64,000 nucleotides of DNA from an uncultured delta proteobacterium. GTDB lineage: Bacteria; Desulfobacterota; Binatia; UBA9968. The notes under the pieces are model-generated. The model had not been told where the DNA came from. It saw only the letters and a list, made by a program, of their open reading frames with translations, and ran no database searches. Positions 53,110-63,844 of this stretch are shown here, one piece after another. Where the stretch lies: positions 128,001-192,000 of the forward strand of contig CAVUZH010000025.1 of the NCBI GenBank assembly GCA_963745835.1, in the 5' to 3' direction. Position numbers and translations under genes: made by a program. Each line of letters starts with the position of its first letter. Position 1 is the first letter of the stretch.

Positions 53110-54134
53110 TCCCTGTTTGGGAAAGGCAGAAGACTTTTGAAATAAGTGAGCCAAGCCACGTCGCCGAGGCGCGGCGCTTTACCAAGAGGATGGCCGAAGA
53201 CGCGGGCTTCAACGAATCTCAAGCCGGCGGCGTCGCGCTCGTCACCACGGAATTGGCAACCAACCTGCTGAAGCACGCCAGCAGCGGTGAGATCGTCGTC
53301 CGACCCATCGTTGAGCGGGGCATCGCGGGGGTGGAACTACTAGCTCTCGACAAAGGCTCGGGAATCGCGAATGTTGCTGAATCTTTCCGTGATGGCTATT
53401 CGACTGCTGGGACTGCGGGCACGGGTCTTGGTGCCATCGCCCGGGTGGCTGCCGAATTCGACGTTCAAACGCAGCCAGGGAAGGGTACCGCCGTGATGGC
53501 CCGGCTCTGGGGTGGCAAGATTGGCGAGGCGTCTGAAAATCACATTGCGATTGGCGCGATTTGTAAGCCGATGCCCGGCGAGACGCGTTGCGGTGATGGA
53601 TGGGGCTGCGAGCTCCTCGCAGATCGGTGCATTTTGGTGCTGGTCGACGGCTTGGGCCACGGAACGGGTGCTGCGGCCGCAGCCGAACTGGCCGTTGCCA
53701 GCGTGCGCCAGCACCGCGCCAAAGCTCCGGCGGCAATCGTTCAATACGCTCACGACGCGCTACGCGCCACGCGCGGCGCGGCTCTCGCCGTGGCTGAGGT
53801 CGATTTGGCTCAGCAATCGCTGCGTTTTTGCGGCATAGGAAACATTTCCGCCACTATCATTTCTGGAGACAGCCTGCGCCATCTAGTTTCTTACAACGGC
53901 ACTGCTGGTCACGAAGCGCGCAAGATTGTCGAGTTCACCTATCCATGGAGTGCAAACGCGCTGTTGATCATGCACTCTGACGGACTGATGACGCGCTGGA
54001 ATCTGCAGGCCTATCCTGGGTTGCTTCAGCGTCATCCAAGCCTTATCGCCGGTGTCCTTTATCGGGATTTTGGCCGCGGCCGCGATGACGTCACTGTACT
54101 AACCGCCAAATGCCCTAGCGTGAGTACTGAGTAG
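53106..54134 (+). CDS. RsbT-like ATPase fused to a SpoIIE/PP2C phosphatase (RsbX-like)
   Basis: TELATNLLKHA, DKGSGI, GTGLGAI; CGD, VDGLGHG, HSDGL, RDDVTV. Confidence 0.9.
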   Translation: MIPVWERQKTFEISEPSHVAEARRFTKRMAEDAGFNESQAGGVALVTTELATNLLKHASSGEIVVRPIVERGIAGVELLALDKGSGIANVAESFRDGYSTAGTAGTGLGAIARVAAEFDVQTQPGKGTAVMARLWGGKIGEASENHIAIGAICKPMPGETRCGDGWGCELLADRCILVLVDGLGHGTGAAAAAELAVASVRQHRAKAPAAIVQYAHDALRATRGAALAVAEVDLAQQSLRFCGIGNISATIISGDSLRHLVSYNGTAGHEARKIVEFTYPWSANALLIMHSDGLMTRWNLQAYPGLLQRHPSLIAGVLYRDFGRGRDDVTVLTAKCPSVSTE

Positions 54135-54270
54135 AAATCAGCCATAAGCTGGACAATGATTCAGCCGCGATCCGGCCGATAAATGTTCGAACACAGAGAT
54201 CGTTTTACTTGAGGTCTTGTTTAGGAGTTGTGCTGAGAGCCGCATCAGAACGACAAACCAGGACCGCCCT

Positions 54271-56505
54271 ATGAGTTATTCGATCACCCACCTTAGCATC
54301 GAATACGAGCACGATGTTGTCTTAGTGCGCCAACGGGCGCGCGAGATCGCCGCATTGCTCGGCTTCGATAATCAAGATCAGACGCGCGTTGCCACGGCAG
54401 TCTCCGAGCTGGCGCGCAACACTTTTGTTTATGCCGGCCGTGGCAGGGTGGATTTCGAGATTGAAGGGCGGACCGTGCCGCAGCTTTTCGTTATCCGGAT
54501 TGGCGACAACGGTCCCGGTATCGCAAATCTTCAGGAAATTCTGGAAGGGCGTTATGTGTCGCGCACCGGAATGGGGATTGGGCTGATTGGGGTCCGGCGG
54601 CTGGTCGATCAATGCGAGATCCACAGTGATCCCAAAGAAGGAACCAAGATCGCTCTCCGAAAAATTATGCCGCGTCATGCGCCGCTGGTCACAACCGCGT
54701 CTCTGCGCAGTTTGGTCGATCACTTGTCCCAGCGGCAACCGCAGGGTCCGATGGAGGAAGTCCAACAGCAAAATCGGGAGCTGGTGCGCGCTTTAGCAGA
54801 TTTGCGCGAGCGGCAAGATGAGTTGGCGCGGATCAATCGGGAACTTGAAGACACAAACCGCGGCGTGGTGGCGCTTTATGCCGAGTTAGATGAAAAGGCC
54901 AGTCACTTGCGTCGCGCCGACGAAATGAAGTCACGCTTTCTTTCCAACATGAGTCACGAATTTCGCACGCCGCTCAATTCGATCTTGGCATTATCGGGAT
55001 TGTTGCTGGAGCGCGCCGACGGGGAACTAACCAGCGAACAAGACAAACAAGTCGACTTCATCCGAAAGGGCGCGGAGACTCTGCTGGAGTTGGTAAACGA
55101 TCTATTGGATTTGGCAAAAATCGAGGCCGGCAAGGTCGAGGTCCAGCCGGTCGACTTCGAAGTGTCCAATCTTTTCAGCGCGCTCCGCGGCATGCTGCGT
55201 CCGCTCCTGGTGACTCAGAGCGTTGGCCTGGTTTTCGAAGATCCCGGGGAGATTCCTTGTTTATACACCGACGAAGGCAAGCTGTCGCAAATCTTGCGCA
55301 ATTTTATTTCAAATGCGCTGAAGTTCACGGAACAGGGTTTGATCTCGGTTGCAGCAACTTTCAATAAAACGGATCAGACGGTGACATTTGCGGTCTCGGA
55401 TACCGGCATGGGTATCCCGGCTGAGGACCAGTCGAAGATTTTTGAGGAATTTATCCAACTCGAAAATCCGGCACAACGAAAAATCAAGGGCACGGGTCTC
55501 GGGCTTCCCCTATGCTGCAAATTGGCTACACTGCTGAATGGAAAAATCGATCTGGTGAGTCAGATAGGGATCGGTTCAACGTTTTCAGTGACAATTCCGC
55601 TTTATCATTCGCAGGTGCTTGAGAGCCAGACAGTTGGCGAAGCGAAACCGGCGGCTTTATGGGAAATCGATGAAACACGCATTCCCGTTTTGGTTCTGGA
55701 GGACGCTCCAGAGACTCGCCTCCTCTATGAAAAGTTTCTTCGTCAATCTGCGTTTCAACAGATCTCGGCGAATAACCTGGGTGAGGCCCGCCGAATACTA
55801 CAGCAGGTTCGGCCGCGCGCCATCATTATGGATATTCTTCTACGCGGTGAAGACTCGTGGAGCTGGTTGGCCGAGCTCAAGGCGGAGAGCGCGACGCGGG
55901 ACATCCCGGTGCTGGTTATCACCAGTGTCGACGACGAACGCAAGGGCCTATCCCTAGGCGCCGATGCGTACTGCCTGAAGCCGATCGGGCGCGAAACCTT
56001 GATCGGGCACCTTCATGCTCTTACTGCTGCAAGTGCTGAAATCCCGGGAGCAGAACAAGCGCTCCAACACGGAAATGAGCAGCCCTGTATCTTGATCATC
56101 GACGACGAACCGGTGGACCGCTACATACTCGTGCGCCTTCTCGAGCAACAGCCATGCATCGTTGAGCAGGCGGCAAGCGGGTTGGAAGGTCTAAAAATCT
56201 TGCAAGAAATCAAACCGGATCTTATTTTTCTGGATCTCAACATGCCAGGTCTCTCAGGCTACGATGTTTTGAATCACATCAAGGCCCATCCGGCTACGCG
56301 CAATATTCCGGTGGCGGTGGTGACATCGGCCGAGCTTGACGGGCATCAGCGTCAAGAACTCAAAAAAAAGGCCTTTGCGCTAATAAATAAGGTTGACCTC
56401 TCAGCCAAAGCCGTTGATGATTTGCTTGCGGCAGCGATGGCGCAGGCGGCCCTGCAGGCACGATTGGGCGAGATGCACAATTCCGAGGCTAGCGGCAACG
56501 GCTGA
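54271..56505 (+). CDS. Hybrid histidine kinase: RsbT-like domain, coiled coil, HisKA, HATPase, two REC
   Basis: TAVSELARN..YAG.G, DNGPGI; MSHEFRTPLNSI; NFISNALKFT, DTGMGI, GTGLGL; IMDILL and FLDLNMP receivers. Confidence 0.92.
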   Translation: MSYSITHLSIEYEHDVVLVRQRAREIAALLGFDNQDQTRVATAVSELARNTFVYAGRGRVDFEIEGRTVPQLFVIRIGDNGPGIANLQEILEGRYVSRTGMGIGLIGVRRLVDQCEIHSDPKEGTKIALRKIMPRHAPLVTTASLRSLVDHLSQRQPQGPMEEVQQQNRELVRALADLRERQDELARINRELEDTNRGVVALYAELDEKASHLRRADEMKSRFLSNMSHEFRTPLNSILALSGLLLERADGELTSEQDKQVDFIRKGAETLLELVNDLLDLAKIEAGKVEVQPVDFEVSNLFSALRGMLRPLLVTQSVGLVFEDPGEIPCLYTDEGKLSQILRNFISNALKFTEQGLISVAATFNKTDQTVTFAVSDTGMGIPAEDQSKIFEEFIQLENPAQRKIKGTGLGLPLCCKLATLLNGKIDLVSQIGIGSTFSVTIPLYHSQVLESQTVGEAKPAALWEIDETRIPVLVLEDAPETRLLYEKFLRQSAFQQISANNLGEARRILQQVRPRAIIMDILLRGEDSWSWLAELKAESATRDIPVLVITSVDDERKGLSLGADAYCLKPIGRETLIGHLHALTAASAEIPGAEQALQHGNEQPCILIIDDEPVDRYILVRLLEQQPCIVEQAASGLEGLKILQEIKPDLIFLDLNMPGLSGYDVLNHIKAHPATRNIPVAVVTSAELDGHQRQELKKKAFALINKVDLSAKAVDDLLAAAMAQAALQARLGEMHNSEASGNG

Positions 56506-56546
56506 AATCGCATCGACCAGCAGAGTCGGCCGGATTCGCATGAGAG

Positions 56547-59500
56547 ATGCTCATGACTGAACCGTTGGCCCATACTATTGTCAATGTAGATGACGATGAT
56601 GCCGGCCGTTATACCAAGAGCCGGATTCTTCGCCGCGCCGGCTATCGGGTGCTCGAAGCTTCAACCGGCGCAGATGGTCTTGGTTTAGTGGCCGAGGTAA
56701 AACCGCAGCTGCTCCTTCTGGAAGTGAACTTGCCGGATATGAGCGGGCTGGAGGTTTGCCGCATGCTTAAAGCCAACCCTTCAACATCCGACATTCTCGT
56801 TTTGCAGATTTCAGCTTCGCGGACTACGGCAGAAGACCGTGTGTTTGGCTTGGAAGGCGGAGCGGATGCTTACCTGACTGAGCCGCTGCAAGCAAATGAG
56901 CTGGTTGCAACCTCCCGCGCGCTGCTGCGCCTTTACAGCCGTGAACAAGAAAACCGAGAATTGCTGGCTGCCTTGCGCCGCAGCGAAGCGCAGTTTCGTG
57001 CCAGCTTCGAGCTGGCCGGCGTCGGCAAGACGCAAATCGACGCCTCGACGGGAAAATTCATTCGCGTCAATAAATGTTTCTGTGAGCTGGTTGGTTATAC
57101 CGAGTCAGAGCTGTTGGGCTTGGCGCCATCCGACCTGACTCACCCAGCCGATCGCCGCCGTGAAGACGAGTTAGTTGCCGCGTTATTGCGAGGCGAAACC
57201 GAGGATCTGGTCGGAGAAAAACGTCTGGTGCGCAAAGACGGCCGGATTCTCTGGGTCTCGATCAACGTCAAATTGATCCGCGATGTCACGGGCGCGCCGG
57301 AGCGGACAATTTCTGTCGTCGTCGACATCAGCGAGCGCAAGCGCGCTGAAGAGCGAGCGCGCCGGCAGAACGAACGACTGACGTTGCTTGCGCAAGTCTC
57401 GGAGCGACTGCTTACCGCGCATGATTCCGCTGTGATGATCAGAGAAGTTTTCGAGACCGTGCGACAGCACCTCGCATTGGATACCTACTTCAATTACCGG
57501 GTGGACAGTTCCGGTTCCGCCCTCGTGCTGGAGTCCCGCGGCGATGCAGACCCTGATGCATTGCCCGCCTCACAGCCGCTCGATATCAGCAAATCCCTCC
57601 ATGAGGTTCCCGCCCATTTACGCCAGGAGGTCATCCGGAAAGCACTCAAGAAAGTCGATGATCAACAGGCGAAGTCTGCCCATGCGCGGGGCTTTTCCGC
57701 CTACGCCGGTCATCCTCTGCTGCTTGCCGAGCGCTTGATCGGCACACTATGTTTCGCGAGCAAGAGGCGCGACGATTTCGACAACGACGAAATCGACTTC
57801 ATGCGCACGATTTGCCATTACGTGGCGATGGCGCAAGAGCGTTTGCGCCTCCTGGCGGAATCACAGCAGCAGGTGGAGCGGCTTGAGCAAAGTGAAAGCA
57901 GGCTCCGGCTGGCGGTGGACGGCGCCGGCATGGGAATCTGGGATGTAGATTTGCGAACCGACACTTTAGTCTGGAATCGGGAGCTGTATTCGCTGCTGGG
58001 ATACGTTTCGGATGCCGGACCCGTGACCCGCCAGATGTGGCGCTCGCGTATTTATCCTGAGGATTTCGCCGGTGTCGCGCAAGCGATGGAGCGAGCTAAG
58101 TCGTCCCGATCCCTCTACTGTCTGGAACACCGGATCATACGGGCCGATAATGGCGAGATTCGCTGGCTGGCGCCGTTCGGCCGGTTTCTCTACGATGATG
58201 CGGGCGCGGCGGTTCGGTTTCTTGGCATCGTGTTTGACTTCACCGACCGGAAACGCGCTGAGGATGCCTTTCATGAGACTGCTGAGCGGCTTCGTTTAGC
58301 GCAGGTCAGCGCTCATCTTGGTATCTTCGACTGGAACGCGCGAACCAACGATTTAGCATGGACGCCCGAGCAAGAGATGGTCTATGGAGTGCCGGCTCGG
58401 GGCATGACCCGTTACGAGCACTGGCAAAAGCTGGTTCACCCGGAGGACCTTGCGCGAGTGGAGGCTGAGCGTGCTGAGGCCATTCGGCAGAGGCAGCCGT
58501 TCACTTTGGAATATCGCATTTTGCATCCTTCCGGAAAGATTCACTGGGTATCTTCCAAGGGCCAGGGTTGGTACGACGCCGCCGGCGAGCTAACTCGCGT
58601 CCTTGGCGTCAACATCGACATTACTGAAACCAAGCGAGCCGAAGAACAGCTGCGCCACCAGAAGCAACTGCTAGAGACAATTACAGATAATGCGCCATCG
58701 ATGTTGTTTATGACCGATCCGATGGGACGCGTTACCTTTGCCAATCCGGCGGCAAGGCATTTGACTGGTTACGATGAGCAAGAGCTGATCGGCCAGATTC
58801 TGCATGAAAAAATTCATCACAGCCGGCCCGACGGCTCGCCTTACCCGATCAGCGATTGCCGACTTCATAATGTGCTGCCGTTTGACGAAAGAATTACCGG
58901 TCACGAAGAGATGTTCGTGCGCAAGGACGGTACGTTTTTCTCTGTGCGTTGCGCCGCCAGCTCGATAATTCAGGACGGCATGCCCGTCGGCACCGTAATC
59001 GAGGGCCAGGACATCACCAAAGAAAAGATAGCCGAGCGCGCGCTGCGGGACAGTGAAGAACGGCTGCGCATGCTGTCCAACTATGTGCCGGTGTTCGTCT
59101 GGGCTTGCCGCGCCGACGGCTGGTGCTATTCGCTCAATGACCGCTGGTACGAGTATACCGGTTTTAAGCCGGAGCAGGCGCTCGGTGTCGGTTGGTTGGA
59201 CGCGCTACATCCGGAAGATCGGGAGCAGGCGCTCTCGAAATGGGATCAGGCTGTCGCTCGAGGGGGCGGTTACGAGATGGAGTTGCGTTGCCGGCGTCAT
59301 GATGGCGAATATCGCTGGTTTATCGCGAAAGCTCTTCCGGTTAAGGATGCGAGCGGCCTGATTACCGATTGGTTCGGCACCAGCTTGGATATCCATGACC
59401 GCAAATCATGGGAACAGAGCCTCGCTCATCTTGCCGCCATCGTAACATCATCGCAGGACGCCGTCATCTCGTTCTCACGAGATTCCAAGATCGTCACGTG

Positions 59501-62153
59501 GAATCGGGCGGCAGAGAAACTTTTCGGCTGGTCGGCGGAGGAAGCGTTGGGTCAAACCGCCGGGATTTATGTGCCCCCAGAATGTTCGGATGAATCGGCG
59601 CAAATAACAGAAACCTTGAGACGTGGCGAAGCCATTGATCAGCTGGAGACGGTACGCCGGCGTAAGGACGGCAGCCGGGTTGACGTGTCTTTAACCATCT
59701 CACCGATCAAGGTCGATCAAGAACTCATCGGCGTGTCTGTGACTGCGCGGGATATTACCGAGCGCAAGAGAATCGAGCAACAGCGCGAGCAGCAATCGCG
59801 GCTTTTGGATCTGTCATTGGATGCGATCAGCGTCTGGAGCGTAGCTCACGGTATCGAGTACTGGAATGAAGGCGCTGAAAAGCTCTACGGCTATTCCGCC
59901 GAGGAGGCCACTGCTCGGTCGATGCAGGATCTACTAAAAACTAGCCAGTCGGTGTCCTTGCAGGAGATCGAAGATCAGATTCGCCGTGAAGGCGAATGGG
60001 AAGGGCGGATCAGCCATGTCAACAAACGCGGCGGCCAGGTGGCGGTTCTCAGCCGGCAGCAGCGGATCGCACGGCCCGATGGCGAAGTCATTCTCGAGGT
60101 CAATCGAGACATCACAATCCTTGAGGAAGCGGAGCAGGCGGTGGCTGAGGCGGCCGCTCATCTAAAAGCCATCGTTGAGACTGCGGTAGACGGAATCATC
60201 ACCATTGATGAGAATGGCATCATTGCCTCCGTCAATCCAGCAGTCGAGAAGATGTTCGGTTATTCAACGCGCGAACTGATCGGGCGCAATCTCTCAATGC
60301 TCTTGGCCGAACCGTACCGGTCCGAACACAACGACTACTTGAATCACTATCGCCGGACCGGAGAACGCAAGGTGATCGGCGTTGGCCGCGAGGTGTGGGG
60401 CCGGCGCAAGGACGGCAGCGAGTTCCCGGTGGATTTAGGGGTTAGCGAGACCATGATCGGCGCGCGCCGATTCTTCACCGGTCTGGTGCGTGACGCCACA
60501 GGCCGCAAGCAGGTGGAGCAGGCGTTAATAGATGCCAAAGAGGCGGCCGATACGGCGAGCTACGCCAAGAGTGAATTCCTCGCCAACATGAGTCATGAGA
60601 TTCGCAGTCCCCTAACCGGAGTCTTGGGGTACGCTGAAATCTTATTGAACCGCCTGAAGGATCCCAACGATCTCGATTGCGTGCGCACGATCAAGCAAAG
60701 CGGCCAGTATCTGTTGCAGATCATCAATGACATTCTAGACCTGGCCAAAATTGAGGCACAGGGTGTCGAGCTTGATCGAGAGATGATTTATTTGCCGGCT
60801 TTTTTAAGCGAAGTTTACGCGCTCATGGAAGTGAATGCGAAAGAAAAGGCATTGCCGCTGTTTTTGAAATACGACGGGTTTATCCCGCAAAAAATCGAGA
60901 GCGATTCGAAAAGATTGCGCCAGATTCTGATCAACCTATTGAGCAACGCGATCAAGTTCACCGATCACGGCAAGGTCGAGTTTGCCGTGCGCTTTCTACG
61001 AGCCGAGTCGCAGCTGCAGTTTGAAGTTAGCGACTCGGGTATCGGAATGACCGAAGAACAGCAGCAAAACTTATTTCGCCCGTTTACACAAGGCGATAGT
61101 TCGGTAACAAAAGTTTATGGCGGCACGGGCCTCGGATTGGCAATTACGAGGCGTTTGGTTGGCGCTCTCGGCGGTGCTATTGCGGTCGAGAGTTTATCCG
61201 GTCGCGGCAGCACCTTCCGGGTTACGATTCCAGTCCAAGTGCTCTCCAATGCCTCCTACGGCTCTTCGATGACCCAGAAGAACGGCGGCGCGGCGCGATT
61301 GTTTGCCGAGAAGATGGCTGCGCGGGTATTGATTTGCGAAGACCAACCGGAGATCCGCCGTCTCATGGGCTGTTTTATCGAAGATGCCGGTGGTCGAGTG
61401 ACCTTGACCGATAGCGGCGAGGCGGCGCTTGAGGTGGTTCAGCAAGCCGGTGATGACTTGGATGTGGTTCTTTTGGACATTCAAATGCCGCGGCTCGATG
61501 GTTATGAGGTTGCTCGCCGAATCCGGCAGTTGGGATTTCGCAAACCAGTGATTGCCGTAACTGCGGCGGCCATGCCCAGTGACCGAGAGAAGTGCTTAAA
61601 GGCCGGTTGCGATGACTACCTCCCGAAGCCTATCGAATTCGAAACACTGCTATCTATGATCGCGCGCTACACCGCCAAGCCGGCCCCTGATCAAGCTTCG
61701 TTGAACTTAGTCGAGCGGCAACCGAGCGCAGATACTGCGTCGGCTGACGATTGTTTGACGATTTCCTCGACGCCAAAGCACTGGCGCATTCTGGTGGTCG
61801 ATGATCGTCCGGTGGCACTGAACGCGACCAGCCGTCTGCTTGAACTCGAGGGTCATACGGTCCGCAGCGCTTCGACGGGACATGCAGCGATTCGCGTTGC
61901 ACGAGAGTTTGCCCCGGATCTTGTGCTGTTGGATATCAGCCTGCCGGACATCAGCGGGTATGAGGTGTTCCGCCGGCTCAAAGCGAGCGAGTCACTCGCG
62001 GGAACTATATTTGTGGCTTTGTCAGGCCATGGTTACGAAGAGCGTCTACGCGCGCGCCAAGTTGGCTTCGACGACTATCTGATGAAGCCTTTCGATATCA
62101 AAGAGGTCGACAGGCTGATTGCGGTTAACTTAGCTCAAGAGAGACGTTTGTAA
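56547..62153 (+). CDS. 1868-aa hybrid sensor kinase: REC-like, PAS, GAF, 7 further PAS, HisKA, HATPase, two REC
   Basis: Eight PAS units each ending in a DIT-like motif; MSHEIRSPL; NLLSNAIKFT, DSGIG, GGTGLGL; LLDIQMP and LLDISLP receivers. Confidence 0.93.
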   Translation: MLMTEPLAHTIVNVDDDDAGRYTKSRILRRAGYRVLEASTGADGLGLVAEVKPQLLLLEVNLPDMSGLEVCRMLKANPSTSDILVLQISASRTTAEDRVFGLEGGADAYLTEPLQANELVATSRALLRLYSREQENRELLAALRRSEAQFRASFELAGVGKTQIDASTGKFIRVNKCFCELVGYTESELLGLAPSDLTHPADRRREDELVAALLRGETEDLVGEKRLVRKDGRILWVSINVKLIRDVTGAPERTISVVVDISERKRAEERARRQNERLTLLAQVSERLLTAHDSAVMIREVFETVRQHLALDTYFNYRVDSSGSALVLESRGDADPDALPASQPLDISKSLHEVPAHLRQEVIRKALKKVDDQQAKSAHARGFSAYAGHPLLLAERLIGTLCFASKRRDDFDNDEIDFMRTICHYVAMAQERLRLLAESQQQVERLEQSESRLRLAVDGAGMGIWDVDLRTDTLVWNRELYSLLGYVSDAGPVTRQMWRSRIYPEDFAGVAQAMERAKSSRSLYCLEHRIIRADNGEIRWLAPFGRFLYDDAGAAVRFLGIVFDFTDRKRAEDAFHETAERLRLAQVSAHLGIFDWNARTNDLAWTPEQEMVYGVPARGMTRYEHWQKLVHPEDLARVEAERAEAIRQRQPFTLEYRILHPSGKIHWVSSKGQGWYDAAGELTRVLGVNIDITETKRAEEQLRHQKQLLETITDNAPSMLFMTDPMGRVTFANPAARHLTGYDEQELIGQILHEKIHHSRPDGSPYPISDCRLHNVLPFDERITGHEEMFVRKDGTFFSVRCAASSIIQDGMPVGTVIEGQDITKEKIAERALRDSEERLRMLSNYVPVFVWACRADGWCYSLNDRWYEYTGFKPEQALGVGWLDALHPEDREQALSKWDQAVARGGGYEMELRCRRHDGEYRWFIAKALPVKDASGLITDWFGTSLDIHDRKSWEQSLAHLAAIVTSSQDAVISFSRDSKIVTWNRAAEKLFGWSAEEALGQTAGIYVPPECSDESAQITETLRRGEAIDQLETVRRRKDGSRVDVSLTISPIKVDQELIGVSVTARDITERKRIEQQREQQSRLLDLSLDAISVWSVAHGIEYWNEGAEKLYGYSAEEATARSMQDLLKTSQSVSLQEIEDQIRREGEWEGRISHVNKRGGQVAVLSRQQRIARPDGEVILEVNRDITILEEAEQAVAEAAAHLKAIVETAVDGIITIDENGIIASVNPAVEKMFGYSTRELIGRNLSMLLAEPYRSEHNDYLNHYRRTGERKVIGVGREVWGRRKDGSEFPVDLGVSETMIGARRFFTGLVRDATGRKQVEQALIDAKEAADTASYAKSEFLANMSHEIRSPLTGVLGYAEILLNRLKDPNDLDCVRTIKQSGQYLLQIINDILDLAKIEAQGVELDREMIYLPAFLSEVYALMEVNAKEKALPLFLKYDGFIPQKIESDSKRLRQILINLLSNAIKFTDHGKVEFAVRFLRAESQLQFEVSDSGIGMTEEQQQNLFRPFTQGDSSVTKVYGGTGLGLAITRRLVGALGGAIAVESLSGRGSTFRVTIPVQVLSNASYGSSMTQKNGGAARLFAEKMAARVLICEDQPEIRRLMGCFIEDAGGRVTLTDSGEAALEVVQQAGDDLDVVLLDIQMPRLDGYEVARRIRQLGFRKPVIAVTAAAMPSDREKCLKAGCDDYLPKPIEFETLLSMIARYTAKPAPDQASLNLVERQPSADTASADDCLTISSTPKHWRILVVDDRPVALNATSRLLELEGHTVRSASTGHAAIRVAREFAPDLVLLDISLPDISGYEVFRRLKASESLAGTIFVALSGHGYEERLRARQVGFDDYLMKPFDIKEVDRLIAVNLAQERRL

Positions 62154-62404
62154 GGGTCTGTCCACCCCATGTTTTGTGTGATCTCGGCAGCACTCGCCCC
62201 TTCACCTACCGTTCTTGTGTTCTCCTCAACCTAGAACAAGCAGTTTAGTTCCACCCATCCTAAAACCGAGCCCTGCACGGGGAAGAAATCCGTTGCTTAG
62301 GTAAAAGTCCGGCGGTGAATCGCCAAGTCATCTTTGGGACATCTATCTAATGCCGATCATATTGTGGCAATGAAAGAGCTGCGCCCGGTCGACCAAATGA
62401 CCAA

Positions 62405-62421
62405 CCGGCATATTTTTTGCC
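62405..62421 (+). promoter_or_regulatory. Candidate sigma-54 promoter
   Basis: CCGGCATATTTTTTGCC: GG-N10-GC with TTGC; ~75 nt before the YihY-family gene. Confidence 0.5.
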
Positions 62422-62496
62422 GCTTCTCCGTCTCATGTCCTATCTGAGGCATAGCTGCGCCGTGCGTCGATTGCCTAATGTGCACCCGGGAGAAGC

Positions 62497-63762
62497 TTGA
62501 AAGTGCGCTCGTTTTTGCGGGTGCTTAAGCCGCTGCGGATACGTTCCGCGCAATTTTTCCACCTGCTCTTTCTCAAGTACTACGAGAATATGCTGGGCTT
62601 GCGGGCGGCAAGCTTAACGTATGCGACATTGCTGTCTCTGGTGCCGCTTCTCGCGGTGACGTTTTCTGTGCTCAAAGCTTTCGGCGTTCAGCAGTTGATC
62701 GAGCCATTCTTGACTCAAGCTCTGGCTCCTCTCGGACCGGAGCGGATTGAGATCACTCGCCGTTTGATTGGGTTCGTCGATAATACTCGGGTCGATGTTC
62801 TCGGCGCCGTTGGTGTCGCAGGGCTATTTTATTCGGTGATTTATCTCGTAAGCACGGTTGAGGAAGCATTGAACCAGATCTGGCGAGCCCAGCCCTCTCG
62901 CACCTGGACTCGACGCTACGGTGAATACATGGGGCTGCTGTTGGTCGGCCCAGTTCTCATCTTCGCCGCTTTCGCCGTGATTGCGTCGGCCCAGAGTTAC
63001 TGGCTCGTGCAACGGCTGGTGGACACGACTGTATTTGGTCTCAGGTTCGCGCTGCTAACGCGCTTTCTGCCATTCTTATTTCTTTGGACGGCATTCGCTT
63101 TTCTCTATAAGTTTATGCCCAGCACGCACGTGCCTCTGAGTTCATCGATGATCGGCGCCGCGGTGGCGGCAATTCTGTGGCAGTTGATGAGTATCGTTTT
63201 CACCGCATTCATCGTTAACTCGGTGAGCTATGCCGCGATCTATTCGGGCTTCGCGATTCTAGTGGTCTTTTTGGTGTGGCTGTACGCGGCCTGGCTGGTA
63301 ATCCTGATCGGCGCCCAAGTCGGCTATCTGCATCAACACTCCTCGGTTTACCTGCCGGGCGCTGCTGCGGCGAAGCAGGGTCACCTGTTTGAAGAACAAT
63401 TGGCCTTATCGTTGATGTGTGAGATTGGCCAGCGATTCATTACCGGCAAGCCTCCGGCAACGGAAAAAAATTTAAGCCGCGCGCTCGGAGTGCCGCCCGA
63501 CCAACTCGACAATTTGCTGGAGAAATACATCGGCCGCGGCTTGGTCCTCAGGTCCGCCGAGCCCGCCGGCGTCAGTTTAGCCAGACCACCCGAACAGATA
63601 CCGGCAACGGAAATTCTCGACATTCTGCATGGCCCGGCTGATCCCGGCAACAATAACAGCGATCCGGTATCAGAATTTCTGCGAAGGCGTGAGGCAATCA
63701 TTCATGAAAACCTGGCAGCGGTCACTCTCAAAGATTTGGCGAACCCAGATCGCTCAGCGTAG
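62497..63762 (+). CDS. YihY/virulence factor BrkB family membrane protein with C-terminal wHTH
   Basis: AASLTYATLLSLVP, IW, LYKFMP, Y.AIYSGFA, WLY..W...LIGAQ; C-terminal LARPPEQI. Confidence 0.88.
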   Translation: MKVRSFLRVLKPLRIRSAQFFHLLFLKYYENMLGLRAASLTYATLLSLVPLLAVTFSVLKAFGVQQLIEPFLTQALAPLGPERIEITRRLIGFVDNTRVDVLGAVGVAGLFYSVIYLVSTVEEALNQIWRAQPSRTWTRRYGEYMGLLLVGPVLIFAAFAVIASAQSYWLVQRLVDTTVFGLRFALLTRFLPFLFLWTAFAFLYKFMPSTHVPLSSSMIGAAVAAILWQLMSIVFTAFIVNSVSYAAIYSGFAILVVFLVWLYAAWLVILIGAQVGYLHQHSSVYLPGAAAAKQGHLFEEQLALSLMCEIGQRFITGKPPATEKNLSRALGVPPDQLDNLLEKYIGRGLVLRSAEPAGVSLARPPEQIPATEILDILHGPADPGNNNSDPVSEFLRRREAIIHENLAAVTLKDLANPDRSA

Positions 63763-63782
63763 CTTTCTAGTCATTTAGTTGA

Positions 63783-63799
63783 TTGGCATGTCCTGTGCG
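63783..63799 (+). promoter_or_regulatory. Candidate sigma-54 promoter
   Basis: TTGGCATGTCCTGTGCG: GG-N10-GC; ~45 nt before ATG 63845. Confidence 0.55.
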
Positions 63800-63844
63800 A
63801 TGTAAATGCAGGATGCAACAGAGGCTACAACCAAGGAGGCGATC

